Notes: a model not told the origin generated them from the letters alone. 64,000 nucleotides of DNA from an uncultured delta proteobacterium (GCA_963842085.1 CAWJET010000001.1:2048001-2112000); one strand, 5' to 3'; counted from the stretch's first letter, positions 48,602-60,005 are shown. Numbers and translations: made by a program.

Positions 48602-49411
48602 ATGAAGTACAGCGAGTACCAGCATCTCCTGCTCGAGCGTAAGGACGACGGCATCCTGCTCATCACGATCAATCGTCCCGAGGTTCTCAACGCCACCAAC
48701 AGCCGCCTCCATTGGGAGTTGAGCCGCGTGTGGCTCGACATCGCCGACGACGATGAAACCAACGTCGTGGTGGTGACGGGCGCCGGGCGCGCGTTTTCAG
48801 CCGGTGGCGACCTCGACATGATCCAGCAGATGGCCGCCAGCGCGGCGAACATCGGCAAGGCATGGAAGGAAGCCGGCGACATCGTCTACAACATGATCAA
48901 TCTCGACAAGCCGATCATCTCGGCGATCAACGGCGTCGCCGTCGGCGCGGGATTGGCGGTCGCGTTCATGGCGGATATCAGCATCGCGTCCGAGGCGATG
49001 CGCATCACGGACGGGCATCTGCGCCTCGGCGTCGCGGCCGGAGATCACGCGGTGATCGTGTGGCCGCTGCTGTGCGGCATGGCCAAGGCGAAGTACTACC
49101 TGATGACCGCGGACTTCATCGACGGCAAGGAGGCCGAGCGCATCGGACTGGTGAGCCTGTGCGTACCCGCCGACAAGCTGATGGACAAGGCGATGGAAGT
49201 CGCGCGCAAGCTCGCGCGCGGCCCGCAGCAGGCGGTGCGATTCACGAAGCGCTCGCTCAACAACTGGCTGCGCGTCGCGGGCCCGGCGTTCGACGCATCG
49301 CTGGCGCTCGAGATGATGGGATTTTTCAGCGCCGATCTGACCGAGGGCGTCGCCGCGTTGCAGGAGAGACGCCAACCGTCCTTCCCTGGCTTCGCAAGGC
49401 CCAAGCCCTGA
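48602..49411 (+). CDS. Enoyl-CoA hydratase/isomerase family protein
   Basis: FSAGGDL, KPIISAING. Confidence 0.92.
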   Translation: MKYSEYQHLLLERKDDGILLITINRPEVLNATNSRLHWELSRVWLDIADDDETNVVVVTGAGRAFSAGGDLDMIQQMAASAANIGKAWKEAGDIVYNMINLDKPIISAINGVAVGAGLAVAFMADISIASEAMRITDGHLRLGVAAGDHAVIVWPLLCGMAKAKYYLMTADFIDGKEAERIGLVSLCVPADKLMDKAMEVARKLARGPQQAVRFTKRSLNNWLRVAGPAFDASLALEMMGFFSADLTEGVAALQERRQPSFPGFARPKP

Positions 49412-49505
49412 CCCGCGACAAGGGCATCTCGCGCCTCTTTTGAAAAGACCTGCATTTTGAAATACTGGTCGTCGTTTGAAACCTCTAACTTGAGCGGGGA
49501 AGAAA

Positions 49506-49844
49506 ATGGTGATGAAGAAATTTGCGCTTGCGGCGGCCTCTGCCATGCTTGTGATGACGGTTGCGTTTGCGGCGCGGCCGGCCTACGCCTCCAGCAAAGT
49601 CGATTGCGACGCCGTGATGAACGAACTCAATAGCGGCAAGCATGAGCGGGAAGTCGCCAAGGATCTGAGCACCACGCTCTACCAGGTCCGCAAATGCAAG
49701 CGGCACGCGAGAGAGGCGGCCAAGGCCGAGACCAAGTCGTCGATACAGGCCAAGACCGGCAAAGAAGCGCCGATGGCGCCAATGGCTGCGCCTTCGTCCG
49801 CGATGGGTGCGGCTTCGCCCGCGGCGGCGGCTTCTCCGAAGTAA
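49506..49844 (+). CDS. Small secreted protein
   Basis: Signal peptide ending AYA; two Cys; Ala/Pro/Met-rich tail. Confidence 0.75.
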   Translation: MVMKKFALAAASAMLVMTVAFAARPAYASSKVDCDAVMNELNSGKHEREVAKDLSTTLYQVRKCKRHAREAAKAETKSSIQAKTGKEAPMAPMAAPSSAMGAASPAAAASPK

Positions 49845-49911
49845 TGATTTGCGCATCGATGCGTCGCGGGCGGTCGTGGCCTGCGACGCTTCTCGCTGCG
49901 CGCAAATCGCG

Positions 49912-50205
49912 ATGCCGAAATGCGAACTGTGCGAGTTGCGTGACTACACGCAGCGCTACGCCGACTTCGTTCATCCGTTCAAATTTACAATCCTCGATTG
50001 TGACTCGTGCGACACTCCGATGGCCGTCTTGGGAGAGCATCGCGCGGTGCCCACGGATCAGGAGCGCGAATTCATGATTGAGGCGCTGTCATTGGTCGCG
50101 CGCGCCAAGTACGGCGCCGATAAATTCGGGATCGACGACGTGATGCGCCAGATTCCCGACCACTGCCACATGCACGCGCGCCCTATTCGCCGCTGGCAAT
50201 ACTAG
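49912..50205 (+). CDS. HIT-like Zn-binding protein
   Basis: CELC, CDSC, HCHMH. Confidence 0.7.
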   Translation: MPKCELCELRDYTQRYADFVHPFKFTILDCDSCDTPMAVLGEHRAVPTDQEREFMIEALSLVARAKYGADKFGIDDVMRQIPDHCHMHARPIRRWQY

Positions 50206-50399
50206 CTGGCGCACCGCGCCGTTCCCGGCCATCAGGCATATTACGGCGCGGTTTCGAGTGTTTTACCCATTTGGTAAGTGCCTCATCTTGTGCTATATGC
50301 CCGCCGTTAAGCGCGCTGCTTTGGGGAAGCGGCGCCGCGGGCTGGAGCAGGGCGCGAGGGGCGCTCCGGCTCGGTTCCCTTCAGGAGGTATGGGGGAAA

Positions 50400-50600
50400 A
50401 TGGCTAACGGTACCGTCAAATGGTTCAGCCCGAAGAAGGGCTACGGCTTCATCACGATGGAGGATGGGCAGGAAGTGTTCGTCCATTACAGCGCCATCGA
50501 TGGGTCAGGTTTCCGCTCGCTCGAACAGGGTGAGCGGGTTGAGTTCGAGGTCGCGCAAGGCCCCAAGGGCCTGCAGGCCTCAAACGTCAACAAGGGCTAG
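50400..50600 (+). CDS. csp: Cold-shock protein
   Basis: GTVKWF, KGYGFI, VFVHYS. Confidence 0.96.
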   Translation: MANGTVKWFSPKKGYGFITMEDGQEVFVHYSAIDGSGFRSLEQGERVEFEVAQGPKGLQASNVNKG

Positions 50601-50741
50601 GGCGCGCAGGAGATTCCCAGGAAAAGGGGGTGCGGTTGGACTGCCGTTCATCGGCGCAAGACGCGTCCGCGCCGTCGCGTTGCGCGAGCAGGCACTACAA
50701 GGCCGTGCCTCTCGCCCATCCTGATAGAACGCAAAGAGGGA

Positions 50742-51395
50742 TCAACCGGTATGCGGCCAGGCGCGGTCCCATCGCTCGTCGTGAATCCCCGGGAACACAG
50801 GCTTGCGCAGGGGCCGTTTGAAAGCGTCGGCCGGATAGCCCATCGGCACCAGCGCAATCAGCTGATACTGCTCCGGCACGCCGAGAAGTGCCTTGGTCTC
50901 GGGCTCGCGGCTGCTGAGCATCGTGGTCATCGCGGTGCCGACGCCAAGTGCGCGCGCGGCGAGCATCATCAGTTCGATCGCTGGGAAGATCGAGCCGTAG
51001 GTCGCGCCGAAGTTGAAAAGGTCTTCAGTGCTGCCGCGCTCGACGCGCATCTTCGGCCGATCGAGAAAGACCACGACGTGAACCGGGACGATCGCCAACT
51101 GCGCGGCGAACTCATCGCCGGTCTTGATTGCCTTGACCGCGCGCGGCGACAGGGTCGTGCGTCCGCGGATGATTGCGCTGTCCTTATAGGGACCCCATAC
51201 CGCCTCGTACAGCCGCTGGATTTCGCGCCGTGCTGCGCCGTCGCGCACGACGACAAACTCCCACGGCTGCGCGTTGGAGCCCGACGGCGCCATGTTCGCG
51301 GTCTCGAGGATTTTCACCAGCTCCGCCTCCTGGATCGGGCGGTCGAGGAAACGGCGCATCGTGGGCGTTGAGGTGGCGACTTCGAAGAAATCCAT
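50742..51395 (-). CDS. Nitroreductase family protein
   Basis: MRRF, APSGSNAQPWEF, LAARALGVG, MGYP; GGAGG RBS. Confidence 0.92.
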   Translation of the reverse strand: MDFFEVATSTPTMRRFLDRPIQEAELVKILETANMAPSGSNAQPWEFVVVRDGAARREIQRLYEAVWGPYKDSAIIRGRTTLSPRAVKAIKTGDEFAAQLAIVPVHVVVFLDRPKMRVERGSTEDLFNFGATYGSIFPAIELMMLAARALGVGTAMTTMLSSREPETKALLGVPEQYQLIALVPMGYPADAFKRPLRKPVFPGIHDERWDRAWPHTG

Positions 51396-51427
51396 CGGCG
51401 GCCTCCAGGATTGGTGACTTGGGACTC

Positions 51428-52510
51428 TTAGACTAGTTCGATCGGATGTTCGCGACGTGCGACGACGCGGCCGACGACCGCGGCATCGCGATGCCCGCTG
51501 TTCTGAAGCTCGGCGAGCAGGGCAAGAGACTGCTCCTCGGGAATCGCGATGAGCAACCCGCCCGAGGTCTGCGGATCGAAGGCGATCGTCGCGATCTCGT
51601 CGGCAACTTCGTCTGAGATGCGGACGCTTGGCGCGTAATACTCGCGATTGCGCTCGCCGCCGCCGGGGATCATTCCGGCGCGGCATTGCTCGAGCACGCC
51701 GGGCAGCAGCGGCAGGTCGGATTCCTCGAACACGAGCGTAACGCCACTGCCCTCGGCCATCTTGAGCGCGTGACCGGCGAGACCGAACCCCGTGATGTCG
51801 GTGGCGGCGTGAACGTCGTACTTGAGCATCGCCGATGCGGCCGCGGCGTTGAGCTGCGTCATCGAGCGGACGGCGGCCTGGTAAGGCTCGTCGGCCAGCT
51901 TGTCGCGCTTGAACGCGGTCATCAGGATTCCCGTGCCGAGCGCCTTGCTGAGCACGAGCGCGTCGCCAACTTGCGCGCCGACATTGCGCACGATTCGGTG
52001 CGGATCGATCACGCCGGTGATAGCCATCCCGAATTTCACTTCTTCGTCGGCGACGGTGTGACCGCCGACGATTACGACGCCGGCCTCGCGCGCTTTGTCG
52101 GCGGCGCCGCGCAGAATTTCGGCGAGCATCTCACCCGGCAGTCCCGACTGCGGCCAGCATACGATGTTGAGCGCGGTGCGCGGCACCCCGCCCATCGCGT
52201 AAACGTCCGACAGCGCGTTGGCGGCGGAGATCTGTCCGTAGGTGAAGGGATCGTCAACCACCGGCGTGAAAAAATCGACGGTGTTCACGATCGCAAGATC
52301 GTCGGAAAGACGGAACACTCCGGCGTCGTCGCCCGTGGAGATTCCGACGAGCAAATCAGGGTGGCTCGGCAAATCGAGCCGCGCGAGGACTGCGGAAAGG
52401 TCCGCCGGACCGAGCTTACCGGCTCAACCCGCAGCCTTGCACCGCGCAGTCAGGCGAACCAGGTCGCCCCGCGAGGGATTGTTGTCCTTCGTTTTGGACA
52501 TCGCACCCAT
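51428..52510 (-). CDS. selD: Selenide, water dikinase with in-frame Sec (UGA at 52424-52426)
   Basis: VRLTARCKAAG-U-AGKLGP continues in frame into DDAGV, DFFTP, DVYAMG, TDITGFG and DPQTSGGLL. Start at 52510 or 52501. Confidence 0.93.
52396..52423 (-). promoter_or_regulatory. Candidate bacterial SECIS element
   Basis: Hairpin GGUCC-GGC-GGACC (52399-52411); its G-starting loop begins 17 nt after the UGA. Confidence 0.6.
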
Positions 52511-52598
52511 TGTCGCGCATCCCGGCGCCGAAGTCAGCCGCACGTACACAACTCAGCCGACCAGCTCCCAATCCTATCCTCTCCCTGACAGAGAGAGG

Positions 52599-54530
52599 CT
52601 AAGACTTGAGGCGGAGGCGGCGGGTGTCGCCGACGCGGGTGGTTACACCACTGTGGTCGAAGTGATCGAGCAGCGCGATTGCGAACTTGCGCGACGCGCC
52701 CAGCAGGTCGCGGAAGACGGCGGCCGTGATTTCATTGTGAGTATGGAGATAGTCGACTACGCGGGCGCGGGCGGTATCGGCGGCAGCGCGGCTGAAATAC
52801 AGGTCGGTGGCTATCTTGACCACGCGGCCTTCGCGTTCCATCGCGAGCAGCACCGTTCTGAGACGCGCGAGTTGGTTGGCGGGAATTTTCAATGCCTCGG
52901 CTAACTGCTTGAGATCCGGTGGTTGGAACTGCGCGTTTGTCAGTGCGGCATCGATGCTGGCGCCGAGCGTTTCGGCGTCGCCGCCGAGTTGTACTCGATG
53001 GCCCTTAAGGCGGAGCACGCTTTCCTCGCGCACGATTTCGGATTCGTGGCTCAGGCGATCGATTATCGGACGGAACGCGCGCGCGCCGATTTCGTAGGGC
53101 AGGCGCGTGCGCAGCGCTTCCATCTCGAGGCCCGCTGACAGCGGCTCCTTCTTATGATGCTTCTCGAGCGCGTCGAGCGCGAAGCGTTTCAGCTCGTCCC
53201 ACCTGGTTCGCGTGGTGAAAGCTTCTTCGTCGCCAACTGACAGCTTGATGAAGCGAGGCGCCTGGCGAAGCGCCGCGTCGGCCTCCGCGTCAGGGATGTT
53301 CATCAGGGTTGCAATCCTGATCGCGCCGAGCGCGAAACTCTCCTGCAAATTGATCAACGCTTCGAGCGCGTCGGCGCCGGACGAATACTTGAGCATGCGG
53401 AGATTGGCGCGATAGGCCTCGATCGGCTTGCGGGAGCGGCGGCCCATCGGGTTCAGCACCACGCCGCCGCCGAGTGTGCGCGAATTGGTTTCGTCGCGGA
53501 TGACGAAGCGGTCGCCCGCCAGTGCGACGACAGGGTCTTCGCTCACGAGCTGCGCGAAGCCGGCGGCCTTGGGCGCGATCGCGCCTGCGTCCTCGAGCAC
53601 GATTGCGCGCGCGATGGTCTCTGCCGTGCCGATAAACAGGCGCACACGCGTGTTGTTCCTGAGCGAGCGCTTGGCGGCGGGACGAATCTCGAGCCACGCG
53701 TCGAAACGCGCGGTGGCGGACTCGATCCGCTCGTCGGCGAGCACGTCGCCGCGGGCAAGCCCGAGCTTTTCAGCGCCGGTGAGATTGAGTGCGACGCGCT
53801 GGCATAGGCCGGCGCTGTCGACGGAGTCCGAATGCACCTGGATCGAGCGCACACGGACCTCATTGCCCGACGGCAGCACGCGGAGCTTGTCGCCGACGCG
53901 GACCTCGGCGCCCATCGCGGTGCCCGTGACGACGATGCCGTGCCCCTTGATAACGAACGCGCGATCGAGCGGCAGCCGGAAGACACCGGTCGCGCGACGC
54001 GCCTGGAAGCCGTCGAGCTGGCGGACGATCTCGGCGCGTAATTTGTCCAGGCCGAGGCCAGTCGTCGACGAGACCTCGAGGACCGGTGCGTCGACGAGCG
54101 TGGTGGCGTCGGCCAGCAGCTCGATCTCGTCGCGCACGTCGCGGATGCGCGCCGGGTCGGCGAGGTCGGCCTTGGTGATGACGAAAATGCCGCGGCGGGT
54201 GCCGAGCAAGTGGAGGATGTCGAGATGCTCCTCGGTCTGCGGCATCACGCCGTCGTCGGCCGCCACAGTGAACAGCACGAGGTCGATGCCGTGGGCGCCG
54301 GCCAGCATGTTGCGGATGAAGCGCTCGTGGCCGGGGACGTCAACGACACCGGCGCGAGTGCCATCGGGCAGCGTGAAGTAAGCGAAGCCAAGGTCGATGG
54401 AAATCCCGCGCTCCTTTTCCTCCTTGAGGCGATCGGTGTCCTGGCCGGTGAGCGCCTTGATGAGCGCGGTCTTGCCGTGATCGATGTGGCCGGCGGTGCC
54501 GATGATGGCATGGGTGGTGGGGGAAGTCAT
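52599..54530 (-). CDS. selB: Selenocysteine-specific elongation factor
   Basis: [23 protein letters not shown]; C-terminal winged helix [13 protein letters not shown]. Confidence 0.97.
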   Translation of the reverse strand: MTSPTTHAIIGTAGHIDHGKTALIKALTGQDTDRLKEEKERGISIDLGFAYFTLPDGTRAGVVDVPGHERFIRNMLAGAHGIDLVLFTVAADDGVMPQTEEHLDILHLLGTRRGIFVITKADLADPARIRDVRDEIELLADATTLVDAPVLEVSSTTGLGLDKLRAEIVRQLDGFQARRATGVFRLPLDRAFVIKGHGIVVTGTAMGAEVRVGDKLRVLPSGNEVRVRSIQVHSDSVDSAGLCQRVALNLTGAEKLGLARGDVLADERIESATARFDAWLEIRPAAKRSLRNNTRVRLFIGTAETIARAIVLEDAGAIAPKAAGFAQLVSEDPVVALAGDRFVIRDETNSRTLGGGVVLNPMGRRSRKPIEAYRANLRMLKYSSGADALEALINLQESFALGAIRIATLMNIPDAEADAALRQAPRFIKLSVGDEEAFTTRTRWDELKRFALDALEKHHKKEPLSAGLEMEALRTRLPYEIGARAFRPIIDRLSHESEIVREESVLRLKGHRVQLGGDAETLGASIDAALTNAQFQPPDLKQLAEALKIPANQLARLRTVLLAMEREGRVVKIATDLYFSRAAADTARARVVDYLHTHNEITAAVFRDLLGASRKFAIALLDHFDHSGVTTRVGDTRRLRLKS

Positions 54531-54716
54531 CGCGGGAATCTTACACTGCGAGCGGCAGGTGGCGTAGGGTGCCGGGGTTGGCGGTTACCTTCATCGATTG
54601 TTCGCCTGTCGTTTGCTGATTAACGTCCAATGTTCGCTCGATTTGAACCGACCGTTCAGGGCGTTTTAACGCCTTGAGGTTGAAGACGCTTTAGTTGTCT
54701 TCGGGAGGCGAGCGAA

Positions 54717-54896
54717 ATGACTACCGTACTCACGCACAAACAGTTGGCGGCGATTCGCGGCTTCGAGAAACCGCAGGGCGAAACGGAGGGACTCACTTTG
54801 AGCCAGCAATGCTTTCTGTCCGAACTGCCGGGCGTGGTCTTTGGCGTCGTCACGTTGATCTGGATCGTCGGCACCCTGGGTTTGCTGATCCGCTAG
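54717..54896 (+). CDS. Small single-TM protein (59 aa), absent from the ORF track
   Basis: GGGAGG RBS 8 nt before the ATG; MTTVLTHKQL...GVVFGVVTLIWIVGTLGLLIR*. Confidence 0.65.
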   Translation: MTTVLTHKQLAAIRGFEKPQGETEGLTLSQQCFLSELPGVVFGVVTLIWIVGTLGLLIR

Positions 54897-54914
54897 GCCG
54901 CGCAAGCGATCCGC

Positions 54915-57293
54915 TCAAGGCAGGAATTTCTTGAGCGCGTTAATCGGGTTTGGAATCGAGGGAATCGCCGATCCAGCCGACGGTGCGCCGACGATCGAAC
55001 CCACCGCGTTCACTCCGCCGCGGATTATGTTGCCGGGCGCGTTGATCGCGCCCATCGCCACGCGCTCCGCCAGCGTCGGCACGTCCGGCAACACCAGCAC
55101 GTCCGGCAGCTTGCCCCTCACCGTCACCGGGATCGCGGCCTGCAGTCCGAGCGCGAGCCGGATGTCGCCGCTCATATCCATGTTCTTGTCCATGTCGAAC
55201 CAGCCGTCGCCCGTGATCGCGTAATCCGGCGACTGCGCGAAGAGATCATGCGTCGTGAACCGCGGCCCCATCTCCTGAAAGCTCATGCGGGCCGATTGCA
55301 GTTCGGTGTTTGGATCGACCAGCAGCCCGTGATGACTCGACATGAACGCCACGTTGACGAGCTGGCTGACGCCCGGCGCCTTCGCGACTGCGTTGAGCGC
55401 GTCGGCCACGATATTGACGCCCATCAGCTTGCCGTTTGCGATGGCCACTCGTCCGCTGCCGCGCAATGTTGGCCTGATTCGATTCCAGTCGGCGCCGCTG
55501 CCGGAAACTGCGACGTTGCCCGTCAGAAAACCGCGCACGGTGCTAGCTGCACCGATATTTTGCGAGCGCAGAGCCTGTTCGAGGTTCAGATTTCTCATCA
55601 CCAGCGTGAGGTTGAACGTCGGCACGGCGCCAAAAACCGCGTCCGCATCCGCCGTCAGCGAGCCGCCGAACATATCGACATTCAGGGGACGCGCCGACGC
55701 GCGGCCATTTAAATACGCCGCCGTCAGATCGAGATTGTTGTATGAAACATTTTCGAGCGATCCGTCCGTCGATTGGATCGCCGCACTGATTCGCGGCGAC
55801 GCCAGCTCGCCGTCAGCCGTGCCTTTGACTGCCAGCCCGTCGATCACGTCGCCCGGCGGACGACTGGCGAATATCTGCGCGAGCTTCACCGAGTCCGCCT
55901 TCAGCGCGTAGCTCGCCTTGAGCGGGCTTAACGATTCGACTCGTCCCGCGAGATTTGCGTGCGCGGAACCGAACGTGAAACTCGTCGGTTCGACGACTTC
56001 GATCCCGTTGGCGAAGCGAATCGTGCCATTCAGATCGGTGATTCCTGTCTGCCACGACGGCACCGGCTTCAGCGCCACCTGTTTCAACGTCGCCGATCCA
56101 TCAAAGGCCGGTGCGTTGCTGCCGAGCTTCGCGGTGCCGTGAACTTCGCCCATGCCCGCCACGCCGTACCCGGCCGCCGCAGTTATCATCGCGCTGAGAT
56201 TGGCAAGGTTGAAGCTGTTCGAATCGACTTGCGCACTCAAGGGTTGCGCGCCGCCGCCCGCGAACCTGCTGGCGGTCACTTCGAGATCGGACAGCTTCAG
56301 GTTGACGCTGGCTGGCTCGAGCTGCTCGCCCCAGGTGCCGTTCGCATTCACCGTCATCGCCGTGCCGGCCGGCTTGTTGAAGAGAGCGGCGTATGCGACC
56401 CGGTTCGCCGTCAGGTCGGTGCTTATCGCAATTGCGAGCTTGCCGACCGTTCCGCGCACAGTGCCGCTGACAGACACCGGATCGGGAATTGAAAGCCCCG
56501 GCGGTATCTTTGAGCCCACGTCGGCGAGCGGCCGGATGCTGTCGAGCAGGAGCGAGTCGAGCTTCAATCTCAGATCGACGGGAATTCCGGACGCGTCCAT
56601 TACGCCTTGATCGAGCAGCGGTCCGACCGTTCCCGACGCCTCGACGTTCTGCGTGTCGCCCGGAAAAGCGAACTTGGTCTCGACGTCGAACGCCGACGCG
56701 GCGTTGAAATTTGTGACGTCGAAATCCAGGTGATGGACGCGAATCGGCGCCATCCTTTCGCCAAGATCGTTGAAATAGATCTCGCCGTCCTCGATGCTGA
56801 GCGCCTTTATCGACAACTGGGCCAGCGACGATCTCTTCGCGCGCCGGCTCGGCATCGGTTCGGTTTTGCGTCGCGCCTCATCGGGGTTGGCGCCAAGAGA
56901 GCTCACATTCAGGTCGCCCCGCGCATTCGTCACGATTCTGATGTCGGGTTTGATCAGTTCAAGCCGGATGACCTTCGCCTCACCCCGAAGCAGCGGGAAA
57001 AACTCGACGTCCACCGACACGTCATTGGCGGCGAGAAACGGTCTTTCAGAAAATGCGGGGTCATCGGCGATCTTGAGACCTGTCACCTCGACCGACACGC
57101 CCCATCCCATCTGCGCCTGTATCTTCCCGACCTCGACGCGACGGCCAAGCGCGTCGCTCACGCGCGCCAGTATTCGTTTCTCATTGCGCGCGACGATCGA
57201 ACTCAGATTGAAGAATGCGTATGCGGTAAGCCCCGCCGCGATCAGCGCGAGTACGCCAGCGACGGTGCCCGAGATGAGTAGTATCCTGCGCAA
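54915..57293 (-). CDS. AsmA-family protein
   Basis: N-terminal TM anchor, SDALGRRVEVG, DVEFFPLLRGE, beta-rich body. Confidence 0.85.
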   Translation of the reverse strand: MRRILLISGTVAGVLALIAAGLTAYAFFNLSSIVARNEKRILARVSDALGRRVEVGKIQAQMGWGVSVEVTGLKIADDPAFSERPFLAANDVSVDVEFFPLLRGEAKVIRLELIKPDIRIVTNARGDLNVSSLGANPDEARRKTEPMPSRRAKRSSLAQLSIKALSIEDGEIYFNDLGERMAPIRVHHLDFDVTNFNAASAFDVETKFAFPGDTQNVEASGTVGPLLDQGVMDASGIPVDLRLKLDSLLLDSIRPLADVGSKIPPGLSIPDPVSVSGTVRGTVGKLAIAISTDLTANRVAYAALFNKPAGTAMTVNANGTWGEQLEPASVNLKLSDLEVTASRFAGGGAQPLSAQVDSNSFNLANLSAMITAAAGYGVAGMGEVHGTAKLGSNAPAFDGSATLKQVALKPVPSWQTGITDLNGTIRFANGIEVVEPTSFTFGSAHANLAGRVESLSPLKASYALKADSVKLAQIFASRPPGDVIDGLAVKGTADGELASPRISAAIQSTDGSLENVSYNNLDLTAAYLNGRASARPLNVDMFGGSLTADADAVFGAVPTFNLTLVMRNLNLEQALRSQNIGAASTVRGFLTGNVAVSGSGADWNRIRPTLRGSGRVAIANGKLMGVNIVADALNAVAKAPGVSQLVNVAFMSSHHGLLVDPNTELQSARMSFQEMGPRFTTHDLFAQSPDYAITGDGWFDMDKNMDMSGDIRLALGLQAAIPVTVRGKLPDVLVLPDVPTLAERVAMGAINAPGNIIRGGVNAVGSIVGAPSAGSAIPSIPNPINALKKFLP

Positions 57294-57323
57294 GGCTGCC
57301 TCTGTCGCGAGTTGATTAGCGAA

Positions 57324-58739
57324 TCATCCGGTACCGCGAGTGAAGTGATCCGCGATCACGTTCGCGACACAGCAAGTCACCTTCCTGGCCGTCGGTATGT
57401 GAAGAAACTCATTGGGGCCGTGGGCGTTGGCGTGAGGTCCTAGCACGCCAGTGATCAGAAATTGCGAGCGCGGGAAACGCTCGCCCAACATTCCCATGAA
57501 TGGAATCGTGCCGCCTTCGCCCATGTAGGCGGTCGGCTTGCCGAAGTAGTCATTCGAGGCCGCGTCGAGGCTGCGCTCGAGCCACGGCGAGAGTTCCGGC
57601 GCGTCCCATCCGCTGGCGCCCCAGTTGGGCCGGAAACTCACCTTGCATCCATACGGCGGATCCTTCTCCAGAATGTGTTTCAGCTTTTGCGACGCGACTT
57701 TTGGATCGACCGTGGGCGGCAGTCTGAGCGACAAACTCAATCCCGTGCCCGGGCGCAGCACGTTGCCGGCGTTGCCGGTCGGCGGCAGGCCGTCGGCGCC
57801 GATGATCGAAAGTGCGGGGCGCCACGCGCGGTTGAGGATAAGCTCGGTGGGATCGTCGCTTACGGGTCGCGCGTGTTCGACGAATGGAAATTTGGTGCTG
57901 ATGTCGTCGCCGAGCACTACGGCGGCGGCCGCCGCCTGCTTGACGCGCGCGTCGGGGATTTTCGCGTAAAATTCCGGCGCGAGCACCTTGCCCGTCGCCT
58001 CGTCCTCGACGCGGCTCAGCAACTGCCGCACGATGCGGAAGCTGTCAGGCACGACACCGCCGGCGTCGCCCGAGTGCACGCCTTCGGTGAGCACCTCGAC
58101 CTGGAGCTTCCCGCCGACCAGCCCGCGCAACGACGTGGTCAACCAGAGTTGGTCGTAGTTGCCGCATCCCGAGTCCAGCGCGATGCACAGGCTCGGCTGC
58201 CCGATCCGGCTCGCCAGATGCTCGATGTAATGCGGGAGATCGAAGCTGCCGCTTTCCTCGCAAGCTTCGACGATCACGACGCATCGCGCGTGTCGAATCG
58301 AGTTCGCCTGCAGCGCGCCGATCGCGCCGAGGCACGCGAACATCGCGTAGCCGTCGTCGGCGCTGCCGCGGCCGTACAACCGATCGCCCTCGAGCACGGG
58401 CTGCCACGGACCCAGCCCTTCGCGCCATCCCGACATCTCGGGCTGCTTGTCCATGTGCCCATAGAGCAGCACGCAATCTTTCGAGTCGCCGGGAATTTCG
58501 ATGAACAAGAACGGGGTACGGCCCTCGAGCCGCACGACCTCCAGCGTCATGCCGCGGATCGGCTGGCGGCGCGCCCAATCCTCGAAGCGCGCGACAACGC
58601 GGTCCATATGGCCGTGCGCTTTCCAGTCGCGATCGAACGCGACCGACTTGTTGGGGATGCGAATGTACTCGATCAGTTCGCCGACTATGGAGGTGTCCCA
58701 AAGCCGCTCGACGTAAGCCCGAATCGCTGACTTGTCCAT
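57324..58739 (-). CDS. M20/M25/M40 metallopeptidase
   Basis: YGHMDKQP, GRGSADDG, CEESGS, NAHGPNE. Confidence 0.93.
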   Translation of the reverse strand: MDKSAIRAYVERLWDTSIVGELIEYIRIPNKSVAFDRDWKAHGHMDRVVARFEDWARRQPIRGMTLEVVRLEGRTPFLFIEIPGDSKDCVLLYGHMDKQPEMSGWREGLGPWQPVLEGDRLYGRGSADDGYAMFACLGAIGALQANSIRHARCVVIVEACEESGSFDLPHYIEHLASRIGQPSLCIALDSGCGNYDQLWLTTSLRGLVGGKLQVEVLTEGVHSGDAGGVVPDSFRIVRQLLSRVEDEATGKVLAPEFYAKIPDARVKQAAAAAVVLGDDISTKFPFVEHARPVSDDPTELILNRAWRPALSIIGADGLPPTGNAGNVLRPGTGLSLSLRLPPTVDPKVASQKLKHILEKDPPYGCKVSFRPNWGASGWDAPELSPWLERSLDAASNDYFGKPTAYMGEGGTIPFMGMLGERFPRSQFLITGVLGPHANAHGPNEFLHIPTARKVTCCVANVIADHFTRGTG

Positions 58740-58777
58740 GACGAAAGCCTACGCGAGATGCGTGGCGATTGGCAAAA

Positions 58778-59278
58778 TCAACCGCGGTCAGCGATCGCGG
58801 ACGACATGCTTTGAATCAACAAATTCAGCGCGGCGGCTGCGAACGTGCGCATGTTGGCGAGGCGATCGGCGCTGCCTGTTTCGACGGTGAGCGAGCGCTC
58901 GGCCGGGCCTGCGACGGCGATGCAACTGTGGCCGGCGGCGTCGCCGTAACGATTGCCGGTGGGTCCGCTCGCGCCGATCTCCGCGATGCTCCAGGTGACG
59001 GCGAAGCGCGTGCGGGCGGCGCGCGCCAGGATCATCGCGCCTTCTTCAGTCACCGATTTGATTCCGGCAAATGCGGAATCGGGAACGTCGAGCATCGCGC
59101 GCCGCGCTTTGAGAGTGTAAACGACGGCGCCGCCGATGAAGTAGGCCGAAGCGCCCGGGACGCTCAGCAGCGCGGCTGAGACAAGGCCTCCGGTAGAGGA
59201 TTCGGCGACCGCAACGTTCTCGCGCCGGTTTTTGAGCATTGCCGCAATTTTTTCCGCCGGCGGAATCAGATCCTGCAT
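58778..59278 (-). CDS. CinA/PncC-family protein
   Basis: AVAESSTGG, PGASAYF. Confidence 0.9.
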   Translation of the reverse strand: MQDLIPPAEKIAAMLKNRRENVAVAESSTGGLVSAALLSVPGASAYFIGGAVVYTLKARRAMLDVPDSAFAGIKSVTEEGAMILARAARTRFAVTWSIAEIGASGPTGNRYGDAAGHSCIAVAGPAERSLTVETGSADRLANMRTFAAAALNLLIQSMSSAIADRG

Positions 59279-59312
59279 GTCGGCCTCTTCAAAATTTAGC
59301 ATCGACGCAATC

Positions 59313-59942
59313 CTATTGTGCGGCGCATCCGTCGAGAAAGATCGACGTGATGATATCGACCGCGCGATCGGGGGTCGTGTACTCGCGACCGTAGCGGTTG
59401 ATCCCGCGCATCATGCCCAGCAGCGATTCGGCCGCGATGCGCGTGTCGATGCCGGCGCGCATCGCACCACGCTGGACGCCGTCGTCGAGAACCCCGCTTA
59501 TCAATCGCGACAAGTCATTGCGCTGAGCTCGATACTGGCGCTCCTGCAAGGGCGGCAACGCCTTGGGATCGCGCAGCAGGGCGAAGAACTGGCGGCGAGT
59601 CCAGAAAAATTTGAGAGCATGGTGGACGATCGCGGCGATCTGCTCGCGCATCGAGGTGCATCCCGCCAGCGCCGTGCGAATTTCGCGCTGCAGTTCGGCG
59701 AAGCCGTTGATTACGACGGCGGCGTAGAGCTCCTCTTTCGATTTGAACTGGCGGTAGACGCTGCCTTTGCCGACTCCGGCGTGAGCGGCAATCTCGTCGA
59801 TCAACACCAGCTCGAATTCCCTCTCGGCAAAGAGTTCGGTGGCGCTCCTCAGGATTCGCTCGCGCAGGAAAGGCGTTGACGGCCGGCCGCGGCCGTCTTT
59901 GCGGCGAATCGGCAGCGAAATCGGTTGTCGCTTGACGGTCAT
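59313..59942 (-). CDS. TetR/AcrR-family regulator
   Basis: IAAHAGVGKGSVYRQFKSKEEL HTH; divergent from the RND operon. Confidence 0.93.
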   Translation of the reverse strand: MTVKRQPISLPIRRKDGRGRPSTPFLRERILRSATELFAEREFELVLIDEIAAHAGVGKGSVYRQFKSKEELYAAVVINGFAELQREIRTALAGCTSMREQIAAIVHHALKFFWTRRQFFALLRDPKALPPLQERQYRAQRNDLSRLISGVLDDGVQRGAMRAGIDTRIAAESLLGMMRGINRYGREYTTPDRAVDIITSIFLDGCAAQ

Positions 59943-60005
59943 GCCTGGAAACCTGCAATCATTAAGATTCGTAGATCCGTAGTCGCAGCTCGCACATCTG
60001 AAATA

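Noticed and set aside
52424-52426. selD as a nonsense pseudogene
   Set aside because: The stop falls exactly at the catalytic Cys/Sec position, with a SECIS-like hairpin and adjacent selB.
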